Positions 15,043 through 24,046 of a stretch of 42,135 nucleotides of DNA are shown here, in pieces. The stretch is taken from positions 1 through 42,135 of the IMG/VR virus record IMGVR_UViG_2811994932_000001; one strand, 5' to 3'. Position 1 is the stretch's first letter. Each line of letters starts with the position of its first letter. Source of the DNA: a virus. The notes beneath the pieces are model-generated. The model searched no databases, was not told the origin of the DNA, and saw only the letters and a list, made by a program, of their open reading frames with translations. The position numbers and the translations under genes are program-made.

Positions 15043-16095
15043 TCACACACTGATCACGCCGCGCACGGTCACGCTGTGAATCGCACCGGCGAGGGTGAAC
15101 TCGAACTCGACGTCCGGCAGGACACGGTTGGCGATGCTGTTCGCGGCGATCTCGCTCCGCTTCGGCGCGGTCACGGACCACATGCCGTTCCCGTCCGCGT
15201 CGCGGGCAATGATGCCCTGCGCCGTCGCCTGCTGCATGACGCCCTGGACCTCAGAGAGGACCATCGCGATCCCCCGGTCGTCGTACGGGACCTTCGGCGA
15301 CGTCGCGAGCAGCCGGAACACGCCTTCGGCAATCCGGGCCTTGACCCAGTCCTGCGACCGGATCACGTCAATGAACTCGCCCGAGAGAACGGTCCCTTCA
15401 GTCGTGTGGAGGATGCCGCCCTGGGAGATGACCACGTTGCCGTGCTTCTCCTTGATTGCGGCAATCTCCGTCGGGGTGTAGCCGGAGACCGAGATCCCGG
15501 ACAGCGTCTTGAACTTCCAGGTGATCGAGCCGGGGAGCTCCGGAGCGCACCGGCCGACCCAGGCTTCTGCAGGGTACTGGGTCGCTGCACTCTTGTGACA
15601 GAGGATGACCGCCCGGTCGGAGGCGAGCGTCGCGTCATCGAGCGTCTCGAACGCCGTGTTCGTCATGCTGCCGAAGTAGAGTTTGCCGTTCGCTGCCGCA
15701 AAGGCTGCAAGCGCGTCTACGTTCGCTGCCGTCTGGCTCTCCGAGAGGAGGAAGTACCAGTCGTTGTGCCCGGCCGCCATGAGCGCCGTCAGCGCCGTTG
15801 TGAGCGACTCCGGCGAGGTCATGTCGAGCCAGACGACCGCGATCTTCTCCGGGGCAGGGGTCTGCGCGAAGATCTTCTGCGCGATCTTGTAGACCTCGGT
15901 CCCTGCCGTGCCCGGGTCCTCCCCATCCGCCGGGACCAGGGCCGCAACCTCTGCGAGGGTGTTGCAGATACAGTACCCGAGGGTGTCGTAGGTCGTCGTG
16001 CCTTTCGCTCCCACGATGAGCGGGAGCCCGAACCCGGCCTGCGTGACCGGGGTCGTTTCGCGGGTGATTACCACCTGCACATCTTCGATTGTCAT
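15043..16095 (-). CDS. Tail sheath protein (DUF3383-like, compact)
   Basis: 350 aa; GSITWKFKTL, GEFIDVIRSQDW, KVPYDDRGI motifs. Confidence 0.9.
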   Translation of the reverse strand: MTIEDVQVVITRETTPVTQAGFGLPLIVGAKGTTTYDTLGYCICNTLAEVAALVPADGEDPGTAGTEVYKIAQKIFAQTPAPEKIAVVWLDMTSPESLTTALTALMAAGHNDWYFLLSESQTAANVDALAAFAAANGKLYFGSMTNTAFETLDDATLASDRAVILCHKSAATQYPAEAWVGRCAPELPGSITWKFKTLSGISVSGYTPTEIAAIKEKHGNVVISQGGILHTTEGTVLSGEFIDVIRSQDWVKARIAEGVFRLLATSPKVPYDDRGIAMVLSEVQGVMQQATAQGIIARDADGNGMWSVTAPKRSEIAANSIANRVLPDVEFEFTLAGAIHSVTVRGVISV

Positions 16096-16637
16096 GAATC
16101 ACTCCTGGTGGAGCCATACTCCACCATTTCGATGGTCTCAATGTCGATACTGATCTGACTGCAGACCCGAAGCCCCACGTCGAACCCGGCCCGGTACTCG
16201 GCTTCGGTCTCGTCGAGGATCAGAGACCGGTCCTGCACCGGCTCGATCCGCGCGACGACGATGCCCCGGGCCTGCAGCCCGTCGCGGCCATCCAGCGCGA
16301 ACCATCGCCGCGCGTGCATGACCGCCTCATAGCACCCCTGCTGGGTGCCGGCGACGGCCGTGAGACTCCAGACGATCGTCGGGTACTCGGTGCGCTGTTT
16401 CCGGCTCCAGTTCTCCGGGGCGCCGGGCTCCTCCCCCTCCTCCGCCGGCGGGACCTTCACGACGTCCGAGTACTCGATGACCGGCGGAGCGGCCTGCGGG
16501 ATGTAGGGTGAGGTGATGGTATAGGCGAGGAAGGGTTTCGCCGGCCGCGGGCTGTCGTCGTTCGGGACGACTGGCATCGTCAGGTACTGGTAGAGCCGCC
16601 CGACCAGCCAGTTGCGGAGCCCGATCACGTCGTACAT
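16092..16637 (-). CDS. Tail terminator/neck protein (probable start MYDVIG)
   Basis: ATGA overlap at 16637; PFLAYTITSPY and YRAGFDV motifs. Confidence 0.75.
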   Translation of the reverse strand: MYDVIGLRNWLVGRLYQYLTMPVVPNDDSPRPAKPFLAYTITSPYIPQAAPPVIEYSDVVKVPPAEEGEEPGAPENWSRKQRTEYPTIVWSLTAVAGTQQGCYEAVMHARRWFALDGRDGLQARGIVVARIEPVQDRSLILDETEAEYRAGFDVGLRVCSQISIDIETIEMVEYGSTRSDS

Positions 16638-16984
16638 CAGGCCCCGCCCTCCCCGATACGCCGGGCGAAGTAGACCCGGAACCCGCCGTTCGGGCACTGG
16701 ATGTAGACCTTGACGTCCTGCCGGGTGTAGGTCCCGCCGACGTCGTACTTGAGGTCGGACTTCGAGAGTGGGAGGATGATCGCCTCGATCTCCGTCTCCG
16801 TCGGCTCACCGGGGACCCAGATGCCGCCCTGCTCCCAGTCGCGGTACCCTTCTCCCGGGACGCGGAACGTGTAGGTCCCGCCCCACATCGCGAAGACGGA
16901 ATCCCAGACGAAGTGGCCGTCGTGCGGGAGGACTTCCTTGAGTTCGTAGTCCTGCCCGAACCAGGTCACCGTCGCGCCGATCAT
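16637..16984 (-). CDS. Head-closure/head-tail joining protein with apparently permuted segments
   Basis: 115 aa; GGIWVPGEP..AIILPLSKSDLKY..GTYT.QDVKVY and terminal VYFARR motifs; neck position. Confidence 0.75.
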   Translation of the reverse strand: MIGATVTWFGQDYELKEVLPHDGHFVWDSVFAMWGGTYTFRVPGEGYRDWEQGGIWVPGEPTETEIEAIILPLSKSDLKYDVGGTYTRQDVKVYIQCPNGGFRVYFARRIGEGGA

Positions 16985-17511
16985 ACCGGTACCACCTGCC
17001 AGGTAATCGAGTCCCGGAGTTGCCCGGTGTCGATCAGCGGGTTGCTGCTCCCCTTACGCTTGATGGTCGATTCGGCGAGTGGGGGGGTCTTGAGGTCGGT
17101 GAGGTACGCCTGGATCCGGGTGGCGACGAACCCTCCGATGGCGTTGAGGGCCTGCTGGCCCGTGATCTTGCCATCGAGGACCAGACCGAGCAAGTACTCC
17201 ATCTTCCCCTGGATCTCGTCGGCGTTGGCATCGAACCCTGCACGGAGATACGACCGCTCGGGGATGATGATCCACTTCGCGGACTCGTCGCGCTCTTTCG
17301 TCGACCCCCACGGCCCCTGAACGTGCGTGGTCTTGAACCGCTTGGGGATCTTCGCCCCGAACTCGTGCGCATACGCGATCACGAGCATCGTGGCGTCGTC
17401 GGTCCGTTCGGCGTCGGCGAAGATCCCGATATGCACCTGGTGCGTGGCGAGGTAGTTGAGTTCCCTCACCAGGTCAGGGATCCGGTTGAACTTCTCACCC
17501 GTCGTGGTCAC
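16981..17511 (-). CDS. Neck/tail completion protein (HK97 gp10-like)
   Basis: 176 aa; HEFGA, IPERSYLR, SSNPLIDTGQLRDSI motifs. Confidence 0.82.
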   Translation of the reverse strand: MTTTGEKFNRIPDLVRELNYLATHQVHIGIFADAERTDDATMLVIAYAHEFGAKIPKRFKTTHVQGPWGSTKERDESAKWIIIPERSYLRAGFDANADEIQGKMEYLLGLVLDGKITGQQALNAIGGFVATRIQAYLTDLKTPPLAESTIKRKGSSNPLIDTGQLRDSITWQVVPV

Positions 17512-17756
17512 CGGAAGGCCCTCCGATACTTCTGGATGATCCGCCGCATCGAGGTTGGTAACCCGTCGGTCGCAAACGATATCGAGAGGTCAGAGGCTGA
17601 CTGGCTTGCGATGTTCGGATCCCGACCATGATGCTGCATCAGGTACGGGAGGAGGATGTATTCGATGTCCGGCGGGAGCCCGTCGGCAAACGAGCGGTTG
17701 CACTCCCCCTCGATCAGCACAATGTACGCCTGCCGTACCGGGTCCTCGTCAGCCAT
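17508..17756 (-). CDS. Head-tail connector/adaptor
   Basis: 82 aa; ECNRSF.DGLP..SQS.SDLSISF pattern; position. Confidence 0.7.
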   Translation of the reverse strand: MADEDPVRQAYIVLIEGECNRSFADGLPPDIEYILLPYLMQHHGRDPNIASQSASDLSISFATDGLPTSMRRIIQKYRRAFR

Positions 17757-17759
17757 CCT

Positions 17760-17837
17760 CTACCTCCGCTTCTTCTGTCTGTTTTCCTTGAGCCGCCTAT
17801 CCCTGGGGGGTCCGGGCTTCACCCGCCCCTTGGCCAT
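17760..17837 (-). CDS. 25-aa highly basic peptide (not separately in ORF track)
   Basis: MAKGRVKPGPPRDRRLKENRQKKRR fills the gap between two structural genes. Confidence 0.45.
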   Translation of the reverse strand: MAKGRVKPGPPRDRRLKENRQKKRR

Positions 17838-17841
17838 CCGA

Positions 17842-18462
17842 TCATGCCTCCGGGATCGCGATGACGAACACGGTGACTGCCCCGGCCGCTGCGGCACCCC
17901 CGGCGGTGATTGCGATCTGGAGCGCCTTGTTCGCTGCCAGGGTCCCGGCGCCCACCAGGACGTCGCCCGCCGTGCCGGCAGTGACGTCGAGGAGTGCCGT
18001 TGCGTCTTCGTCCTCGATCGAGAACTCCGCGCCGTCGGCGATCGTCTCGCCGACCAGGGCGACGACCAGGCAGGCCCGGGCAGCGTCGTCGGCAGTGAGC
18101 AGGGCGATCGGGGACCCTTCGGAGTCATGGGCGACGGTCTTCACGGCCCCGAGCCCGGCGCCGAGGGCCGACGCGAGCGACGCGGTATCCGCGAGTTTAT
18201 CTGCCGTTACCGCGCCTGCAGCGATCTTGGCAGATGTTACAGCATCGGCTGCCAGTTTCTCACCGGTTACCGCGGCGTTTGCGATCTTGCTGGTAGTTAC
18301 TGCCCCTGCAGCGATCTTGCTAACGGTCACCGCACCGTCGGCAACCGCGGCTGCCGGCTTCGAGTTCACGCCATCGTGGTCGTGACCAGCTGTCGGCGAG
18401 AACAGCTGCTCAAAAAACTCCCGCTGCGAGCGCGGGAAAGGAACTTTGTCTAACAGGCCCAT
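17842..18462 (-). CDS. Head fibre/decoration protein with 10-aa repeats
   Basis: 206 aa; GHDHDGVNSK then 5 x (I/L/V)AxxAVTxxK. Confidence 0.65.
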   Translation of the reverse strand: MGLLDKVPFPRSQREFFEQLFSPTAGHDHDGVNSKPAAAVADGAVTVSKIAAGAVTTSKIANAAVTGEKLAADAVTSAKIAAGAVTADKLADTASLASALGAGLGAVKTVAHDSEGSPIALLTADDAARACLVVALVGETIADGAEFSIEDEDATALLDVTAGTAGDVLVGAGTLAANKALQIAITAGGAAAAGAVTVFVIAIPEA

Positions 18463-18520
18463 ACGGGTTTACCTCCTTGAGTATGGGCGGGGATATCCCC
18501 CGCCTGTAGTGGTCGTCTGT

Positions 18521-19054
18521 CTATGCTACGAGCGTGTCAGTGATGGTGTCCTCATCGACGTCCGAGCCGAGGATGGCATCCTGGTCGGTGCCGGCGAGCA
18601 CGTCCCCGACGATGAACACGACCGTGTCCGCAGCGGCCCACTGGTCGCCGGCGGTGCCGTCGGTACCGTAGATGACGTCTATGGACCCCCGGCCGTTGAC
18701 GAGCGAGATCTCGGTGTCGGCGCTCGGGTGCGCGAGGTCGCCGTCCTCAAACGTCGCGACGCCGTGGGTCGACGCCACAGTGGCGACGAGGTTGATGGCA
18801 AGGTCGCCGTCGAACCCGTCGAGGACGTGGCCGGCCCCGTCCACCAGGGCCACTTCCAGCGTCCACCGGAACTCCCCGGTAGACTCGATGGCCTCGTTGA
18901 TGGCCGCTGCGCTGTGTCCCGGGGCCGCAGTCTGGATCTCAGCGGCGAGGACGTCCAGGATTGCTGCCCGTGCCAGATTCAGCACGGAATACAGCTTGTT
19001 CGGGACGTAGGTGTGCTGCTTGAAGGTGTCGAAGGTTGCGCTACGTTCTGCCAT
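18521..19054 (-). CDS. Putative capsid decoration protein
   Basis: 177 aa, acidic, beta-rich, directly after MCP. Confidence 0.55.
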   Translation of the reverse strand: MAERSATFDTFKQHTYVPNKLYSVLNLARAAILDVLAAEIQTAAPGHSAAAINEAIESTGEFRWTLEVALVDGAGHVLDGFDGDLAINLVATVASTHGVATFEDGDLAHPSADTEISLVNGRGSIDVIYGTDGTAGDQWAAADTVVFIVGDVLAGTDQDAILGSDVDEDTITDTLVA

Positions 19055-19065
19055 GCTTCGTCACC

Positions 19066-20004
19066 TCAGGCGATCCTGTGCGTGTACTTGACGATCCGCA
19101 CGTTCTTCGGCTCGTAGACTCTCAGCCAGTTCGCGGGGTTCGCGAGTTCGGCGTTGGTCGGGCTGGACCCGGCGACCGCTGCATCGGTCCACCGGACCCC
19201 CCGCGGGTGCAGGAGGAAGTGCCGCCTGTTCACGAGGATGTCGTCGCCGGAGAGGGCGTCCCGGGTCGTCTCGGTCGGGACCGGGGCTCCGCCTTCACCG
19301 TAGCCGATCGCACCCTGCCCGAAGATGTACGTCGTATATACCCCATTCGCGACCGGGCACCCGTCATCGACGATGACACGCTTCCCCAGGTAGGTCGGGA
19401 CCTCGGCGCTCACGGAACTGTCCTTGACGAAGTCGATCAGGTCCTGCCGTGCGAGGTCGGCCTCCACGGCCGAGTGCATCATGAACCCGGTCAGCTTGCT
19501 CTTCGCGTCGCCGAGGCACTGGATCGCGAGGATCGCGTTGTCGGCACTGATCCGGACGTCCGTGTCGTAGACGTTCGCCGCCATGCTCGGCGCTGCGAAC
19601 ACGCCCGCGAGGGTTGAGAGGAGCGTCGCCTGCATACGGCGAGCCCAGTACCCGGCGACCATCTGGCCGATCGTGGCCATCGGGTCGTCGCCACTGAGGG
19701 CCTTGGCGAGATCGTTCACGGACCAGGCTTTCCCACGCATGAGGAGCGCGGCGATGTCCTGACCGGAGGTGATCCGCTCGACGTCGAGCGCGGCAATGTC
19801 CGAGAGGACCTCGTCGTCGCCGTCCAGGTCGTTCCAGAACGGCATGTTGATGAGCCGCCCCCCTGATGCTGCGAGGCTGTTCAGTTCATCACTGGTCGCT
19901 ACGATCCCGCTCTGGTAGAGCGCAGAGAGTTCTGCGGTCTGCTGGACCACATACGGGTTGAATACTTCCGGGACAATGACGTCCGCAATTCTCGTCTTCG
20001 GCAT
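19066..20004 (-). CDS. Major capsid protein (HK97 fold inferred)
   Basis: 312 aa; TRIADVIVPEVFNPY, INMPFWNDL, YLGKRVIVDDG, FLLHPRG motifs. Confidence 0.92.
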   Translation of the reverse strand: MPKTRIADVIVPEVFNPYVVQQTAELSALYQSGIVATSDELNSLAASGGRLINMPFWNDLDGDDEVLSDIAALDVERITSGQDIAALLMRGKAWSVNDLAKALSGDDPMATIGQMVAGYWARRMQATLLSTLAGVFAAPSMAANVYDTDVRISADNAILAIQCLGDAKSKLTGFMMHSAVEADLARQDLIDFVKDSSVSAEVPTYLGKRVIVDDGCPVANGVYTTYIFGQGAIGYGEGGAPVPTETTRDALSGDDILVNRRHFLLHPRGVRWTDAAVAGSSPTNAELANPANWLRVYEPKNVRIVKYTHRIA

Positions 20005-20011
20005 AGTTTCC

Positions 20012-20641
20012 TCACTTCACCCCTGCCTCGGCCTTGAGTCTGGCAGCGGAGTCAGGGTCCTTGCGAAGGAGTTCTCCCTGTTTTGTCAGGTTGAAGGTCT
20101 CCTTCTTCCATGGGTTCTCCTGCGCCTGCGGGGGCTTCCCGGTACCTTCCGGCATCCTTCCCTTCAGATCGACCCCGAACAGGAAGGGGTCGCTCTTCTT
20201 GAGCGCCGCGACCTGCTCGTCGAACCCGAGCAGATTCTCCCCGTCGAGTGAGATCTTCGACGCATCCAGCAGCGCCACCACCGCCTTGACATTCCGGGCG
20301 TCGGCTTTGGCAACCGCCCGCTCGACCGCGAAGGCGAACCGCTGATCCTTGAGCTGCTTCTCGTAGTCCTCCGTGGCCTGCTTGTTCTTGGCCTGGAGAT
20401 CGGCGATCTGCGCTTTCAGGACCTCGTTGTCCTTTGCCCCGGTTTTCAGGCCCGCGAGCTGGGAGTCCCGCTCTTCGACCTGCTCTTTGTAGCGATTCCG
20501 CTCGGCAATCACTTCGTCGAGGCGGCGTTTCGGGACCATCGGATCGTTGGAGTCCACGACAGTGACCTCCGTGTCTCCGAGCTTTTCCTTGACCTGCTTG
20601 TAGAGGTCGTCCCCCAGTATGTCTTTCAGGGTTTTAGGCAT
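20012..20641 (-). CDS. Capsid scaffolding protein (GP20-like)
   Basis: 209 aa; VPKRRLDEV, coiled coil, ARNVKAVVALLD, GFDEQV..LKKSDPFLF. Confidence 0.88.
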   Translation of the reverse strand: MPKTLKDILGDDLYKQVKEKLGDTEVTVVDSNDPMVPKRRLDEVIAERNRYKEQVEERDSQLAGLKTGAKDNEVLKAQIADLQAKNKQATEDYEKQLKDQRFAFAVERAVAKADARNVKAVVALLDASKISLDGENLLGFDEQVAALKKSDPFLFGVDLKGRMPEGTGKPPQAQENPWKKETFNLTKQGELLRKDPDSAARLKAEAGVK

Positions 20642-20739
20642 CTGCTGGCTCCTTTCCGCTGTTTCGCTTTTTTACGTGGTCGCGCCCACGAAAACAGGCC
20701 CGATCACGCCTCGGGCATGGCGATACAGTAGAATAGGTT

Positions 20740-20799
20740 CCAGAATTGAAAAAGAGGGTTGATATAGACTATTTAGACTGTATAGACTGTTTAGACTAC
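20740..20799 (-). promoter_or_regulatory. Late promoter-like element I: 4 x 9-bp repeats, 16 nt, AATTCTGG
   Basis: + strand atagactat ttagactgt atagactgt ttagactac (20764-20799); ccagaatt at 20740-20747. Confidence 0.65.
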
Positions 20800-21144
20800 T
20801 TGCGCACCATCAATCGTCATCGAGATCATCTCGATCTCGGTGTTCCCTCCGCGAACGCTCTTCGCTGTGAAGATAGCATGCACATCGTATCCTCTCCCAT
20901 CGGCCGTCCGGTATACCGTCCCCCCGATCCGGTAGACCCGGGTGTCATCGCCGATTTTCCCTGGAGTCCCGAACCGGAGGTCGTGGTCCTCGACATCCGG
21001 CAGGAGTTTGTACCCGATGTGCTGCTCGGCGTACTTGACTGTGTCCTCCTTCACCCACTGTTCTTCGGCATATGTCGACGTGCAGCCGGCGGCCATCGTG
21101 ATTGCCAGCAGCAGGGGCAGTATGATCAATGCGGTCTTCTTCAT
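20791..21144 (-). CDS. Predicted lipoprotein (moron-like)
   Basis: MKK, hydrophobic stretch, AAGC lipobox; inserted between minor head and scaffold genes. Confidence 0.7.
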   Translation of the reverse strand: MKKTALIILPLLLAITMAAGCTSTYAEEQWVKEDTVKYAEQHIGYKLLPDVEDHDLRFGTPGKIGDDTRVYRIGGTVYRTADGRGYDVHAIFTAKSVRGGNTEIEMISMTIDGAQVV

Positions 21145-21983
21145 GGCCCAACCTCAATGACCATTACGCACCGGCAGTTTATATCGTCTTCGGCCGTTCC
21201 TAGAGCCCCGGGATGCGGTCCGGTCCCGCCGGTGAGGTCGTTCACGAAATCCTCGTTGAAGGGGATGGCATTCCCCTTGCCGTACTTCCGGCCCATATGG
21301 CGATGCCCGGAGCGCACCCGCTCGTCGTCGCTGTCCTTCCACCACTTCCTGACCTCGATCCCCTGGTCGGCAGCACGATCAAGCGACGCCTTTTTCCCTG
21401 CCTCCATGCACCGGTGCCCCTCGGTCCGGACGATGCGGGTCGCCTTGCCGGCATCGATCTCCAGCGAGTTCTGGAGCCGGCCGGCGATGTCCCGGTAGCG
21501 GTCACCTCTGACCAGCCCCCGGGTCATCTCCTGCCGGATTGTGGTGATCGTCTCGTAGCGCCGGACCGCTAGCCGCTCGTTCAGGGTGAGCCCGCTGATG
21601 GGGTTCTGCAGGATCTCGCTGACGATCTCAGGTTTCAGAATCGCTCTGATCTTGCGGCCGGCAGCCACCTCCAGCGCCCCCCGGGAGCCCTCGAAGGAGG
21701 TAGTGACGGTCTTCCGGAGCCCGGTCCGGATCTCGCCCGCGACGAGCCCGGAGTACTTCCGGGTGATCTCCTCGATATCTGCGTTCAGGATGTCGATACG
21801 CCCATACCGCACCATCTGCGAGTAGGTCAGGGTCCCATCGGCGAGCGAGTAGCGATCGTACGTCCGCTGGAGGACCGCCCGGATCTCTCGGAGCATCTGC
21901 CCGTACTGCCGGCCGACATCCTGCTCGGCAACCCGGGTTAGTCTGACCATCTGCTTGTCGAGCCTAAGAAACGCCTTTTCCAT
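21141..21983 (-). CDS. Minor head protein (SPP1 gp7/Mu gpF-like)
   Basis: 280 aa; RIVRTEGHR, DERVRSGH, EDDINCRC motifs. Confidence 0.9.
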   Translation of the reverse strand: MEKAFLRLDKQMVRLTRVAEQDVGRQYGQMLREIRAVLQRTYDRYSLADGTLTYSQMVRYGRIDILNADIEEITRKYSGLVAGEIRTGLRKTVTTSFEGSRGALEVAAGRKIRAILKPEIVSEILQNPISGLTLNERLAVRRYETITTIRQEMTRGLVRGDRYRDIAGRLQNSLEIDAGKATRIVRTEGHRCMEAGKKASLDRAADQGIEVRKWWKDSDDERVRSGHRHMGRKYGKGNAIPFNEDFVNDLTGGTGPHPGALGTAEDDINCRCVMVIEVGP

Positions 21984-22164
21984 GGTCCTCGACCTTCACT
22001 GTGAACACTGTTGCAGAGACCTCGAATGAGGCATGACAGGCGCGACACTCACAGACGATCCCTGCGCCCTCGAGGGTCACCCCGTCGTCGGTGAGCGTTG
22101 AGTCTACCCAGTCATCGAGGAGCCCGAGCGCGGCGCTCCCGCACTCCGGGCAGACGATCTTCAC
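21964..22164 (-). CDS. Small zinc-ribbon protein
   Basis: 66 aa; CPECG...CRAC. Confidence 0.6.
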   Translation of the reverse strand: MKIVCPECGSAALGLLDDWVDSTLTDDGVTLEGAGIVCECRACHASFEVSATVFTVKVEDHGKGVS

Positions 22165-22643
22165 GCACCCGCCTCCATCGCCCGACGGGTCAGCCAGGCA
22201 TAGAACCGCTCATGCCAGAAGGGAACGTCAACCTCATCGCCGAACCAGCGCCACACTGCCCACAGGAGCCGCTGCCACGGGGTCTGCCAGGTGCCCGCGA
22301 GCGGGACCATATCATCGGCCGGCTGCCCGACCGCGTGCAGGACCTCATGCCAGATGCGCAGCACCAGGACGTTGTCGGAGTCGATCGGTCTGACCCGGAC
22401 ACTTGCCCGCATCGGGGCCGCGAGGCCCACCGCCCGTGCAGGGATCTCGTCGTCGAAGATGTAGACAGTGCCAGGACGGACCGGGAACGGGAAGCCCCGG
22501 TTGACCCCCTCGGTTTCGATAGTGACGTCCGGCGTCCCGGTGCAGGCTGAGAACTCGAACCAGGGAGGGATCCGGAGCAGGATGACCGGCAGGAGCCGGT
22601 CACGGAGTGCCTCGGTCTCAAACCAGAGGGTGAAGTGGGGCAT
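22161..22643 (-). CDS. Putative zincin-like metallopeptidase
   Basis: 160 aa; IWHEVLHAVG (HExxH). Confidence 0.55.
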   Translation of the reverse strand: MPHFTLWFETEALRDRLLPVILLRIPPWFEFSACTGTPDVTIETEGVNRGFPFPVRPGTVYIFDDEIPARAVGLAAPMRASVRVRPIDSDNVLVLRIWHEVLHAVGQPADDMVPLAGTWQTPWQRLLWAVWRWFGDEVDVPFWHERFYAWLTRRAMEAGA

Positions 22644-22645
22644 GA

Positions 22646-24046
22646 TTACTCTCCCGCTCCGGGCTGCTCGCCCTCACTCTCCTGCTCATCGCCCTCCTGC
22701 AGGTACCTGGAGAGATCTACCTTGCTCTCCTGCTCGGACTGCAGCCGCGTCAGCTCGGCCTGCGCGTCCTCAACCCAGGGGTGGTGGGCGACGATAGTCT
22801 CCTGCGAGATTATCCCCATGCTTGATTCTGCAATCTGCGAGAGTTCGAGGTCGTTGATGAGCAGGGACTTATTATACGTGATCTTCACGCTGCGCGGGTT
22901 AAAGGTGCCGACGCCCTTGAGGTCAAGGTACTTAGCAGCAAACCAGCAGAACTTCTTGATTGCGACAGAGAACCGGCGTGCCATGACGTTGCTTTTCAGG
23001 TCAAGGAGGGAGTAGAGGAACTTGAGCGCGATCCCGCTCGGCGCCGAGCCGAACGTGTCGGTCTTGACATTGACCCCCTGCCCGTGGATGAAGATGTTCT
23101 CCTCCACCCGGTTCAGGAACGAGTCGATCGCCGTGATCGCCGGATCCACGCTGAGGGTCTCGACGCCGGCGCCGGCTTCTGGGTCCACCTGGATCGCCCG
23201 ATAATACCGGAGGTTCCGGACGAACTCCGTTAGGCTTTGCCCCCCATACCCCTTCAGGACAAAGATGAGTTTCTGGATGTCTGTGAGGTCGTTGGCAAGG
23301 TCGCTGATCACGAGGTCGTAGACATCGATCAGCTCCTTGTAATACTTGAGGTCGGCGAACCGCTCTTCGTTGTTCGCGAACTCGACGAACGGGACCCGAC
23401 CCCATCCCATCGGGGTCCCGTTCAGGAAGAAATGGCCGTCCTCTGACTCGAGAGTATAGGCCCCGGCCTCCGTCTCGATGTAGGTCGAGACGCCCTCGGC
23501 GGTCCACCACTCCGCCCGGGTCTTCGTCTCCCCGCCGACCACAGCCGGGTAGTACCGGAGCATGGCGACGAGTTCTTCCTCGTAGTCCGTCTCGTAGACT
23601 GGGATGCACTGTTCCGCCGGGATGATGATGTACCGGAAATTGCCCGCCGCGTCGATGAACGGCATGAGCCATTCGACACCCTTGTTGCTGGCGTTCTTCG
23701 CGAGTTCCTGCAGCCGGTCGTCCCAGGTCTCGTCCAGGAGGACGTTGAGCTGTTCGGCGAACTGCTCATCTTCGGCGCTGATCACCGGGGGGCGGCCGAG
23801 GAGGTAGGCGACCTTCTGATCGACCAGGAGTTTGTGCCAGTCATGCGAGACGCGCTGGTTCGTGGCCTCGGTATCAATCTTCTTCTCCCCGTCCTCGTAA
23901 TACCAGATCTGCCGGTCCTTGATGCGGGTATCGTTGTTGTAGTAGTCCACCCCGACGAGCATGAGAGACGGGTCGTGGTTCGCGATCAGGGTTGCGATCG
24001 TCTGACTGACGTCACAGGCATCGATGTTCTCTGCGAGTAGTTTCAT
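22646..24046 (-). CDS. Portal protein (SPP1 gp6-like); probable start MKLLAE
   Basis: LVDQKVAYLLG, FVEFANNEE, FGSAPSGIALKFLY, ISQET...HPWVED motifs; ATGA overlap at 24046. Confidence 0.93.
   Translation of the reverse strand: MKLLAENIDACDVSQTIATLIANHDPSLMLVGVDYYNNDTRIKDRQIWYYEDGEKKIDTEATNQRVSHDWHKLLVDQKVAYLLGRPPVISAEDEQFAEQLNVLLDETWDDRLQELAKNASNKGVEWLMPFIDAAGNFRYIIIPAEQCIPVYETDYEEELVAMLRYYPAVVGGETKTRAEWWTAEGVSTYIETEAGAYTLESEDGHFFLNGTPMGWGRVPFVEFANNEERFADLKYYKELIDVYDLVISDLANDLTDIQKLIFVLKGYGGQSLTEFVRNLRYYRAIQVDPEAGAGVETLSVDPAITAIDSFLNRVEENIFIHGQGVNVKTDTFGSAPSGIALKFLYSLLDLKSNVMARRFSVAIKKFCWFAAKYLDLKGVGTFNPRSVKITYNKSLLINDLELSQIAESSMGIISQETIVAHHPWVEDAQAELTRLQSEQESKVDLSRYLQEGDEQESEGEQPGAGE

Noticed and set aside
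16725-16882. 14-bp repeat GGCGGGACCTACAC (GGTYT twice) as the cause of the permutation
   Set aside because: Both copies lie inside one block, so recombination between them would delete rather than permute
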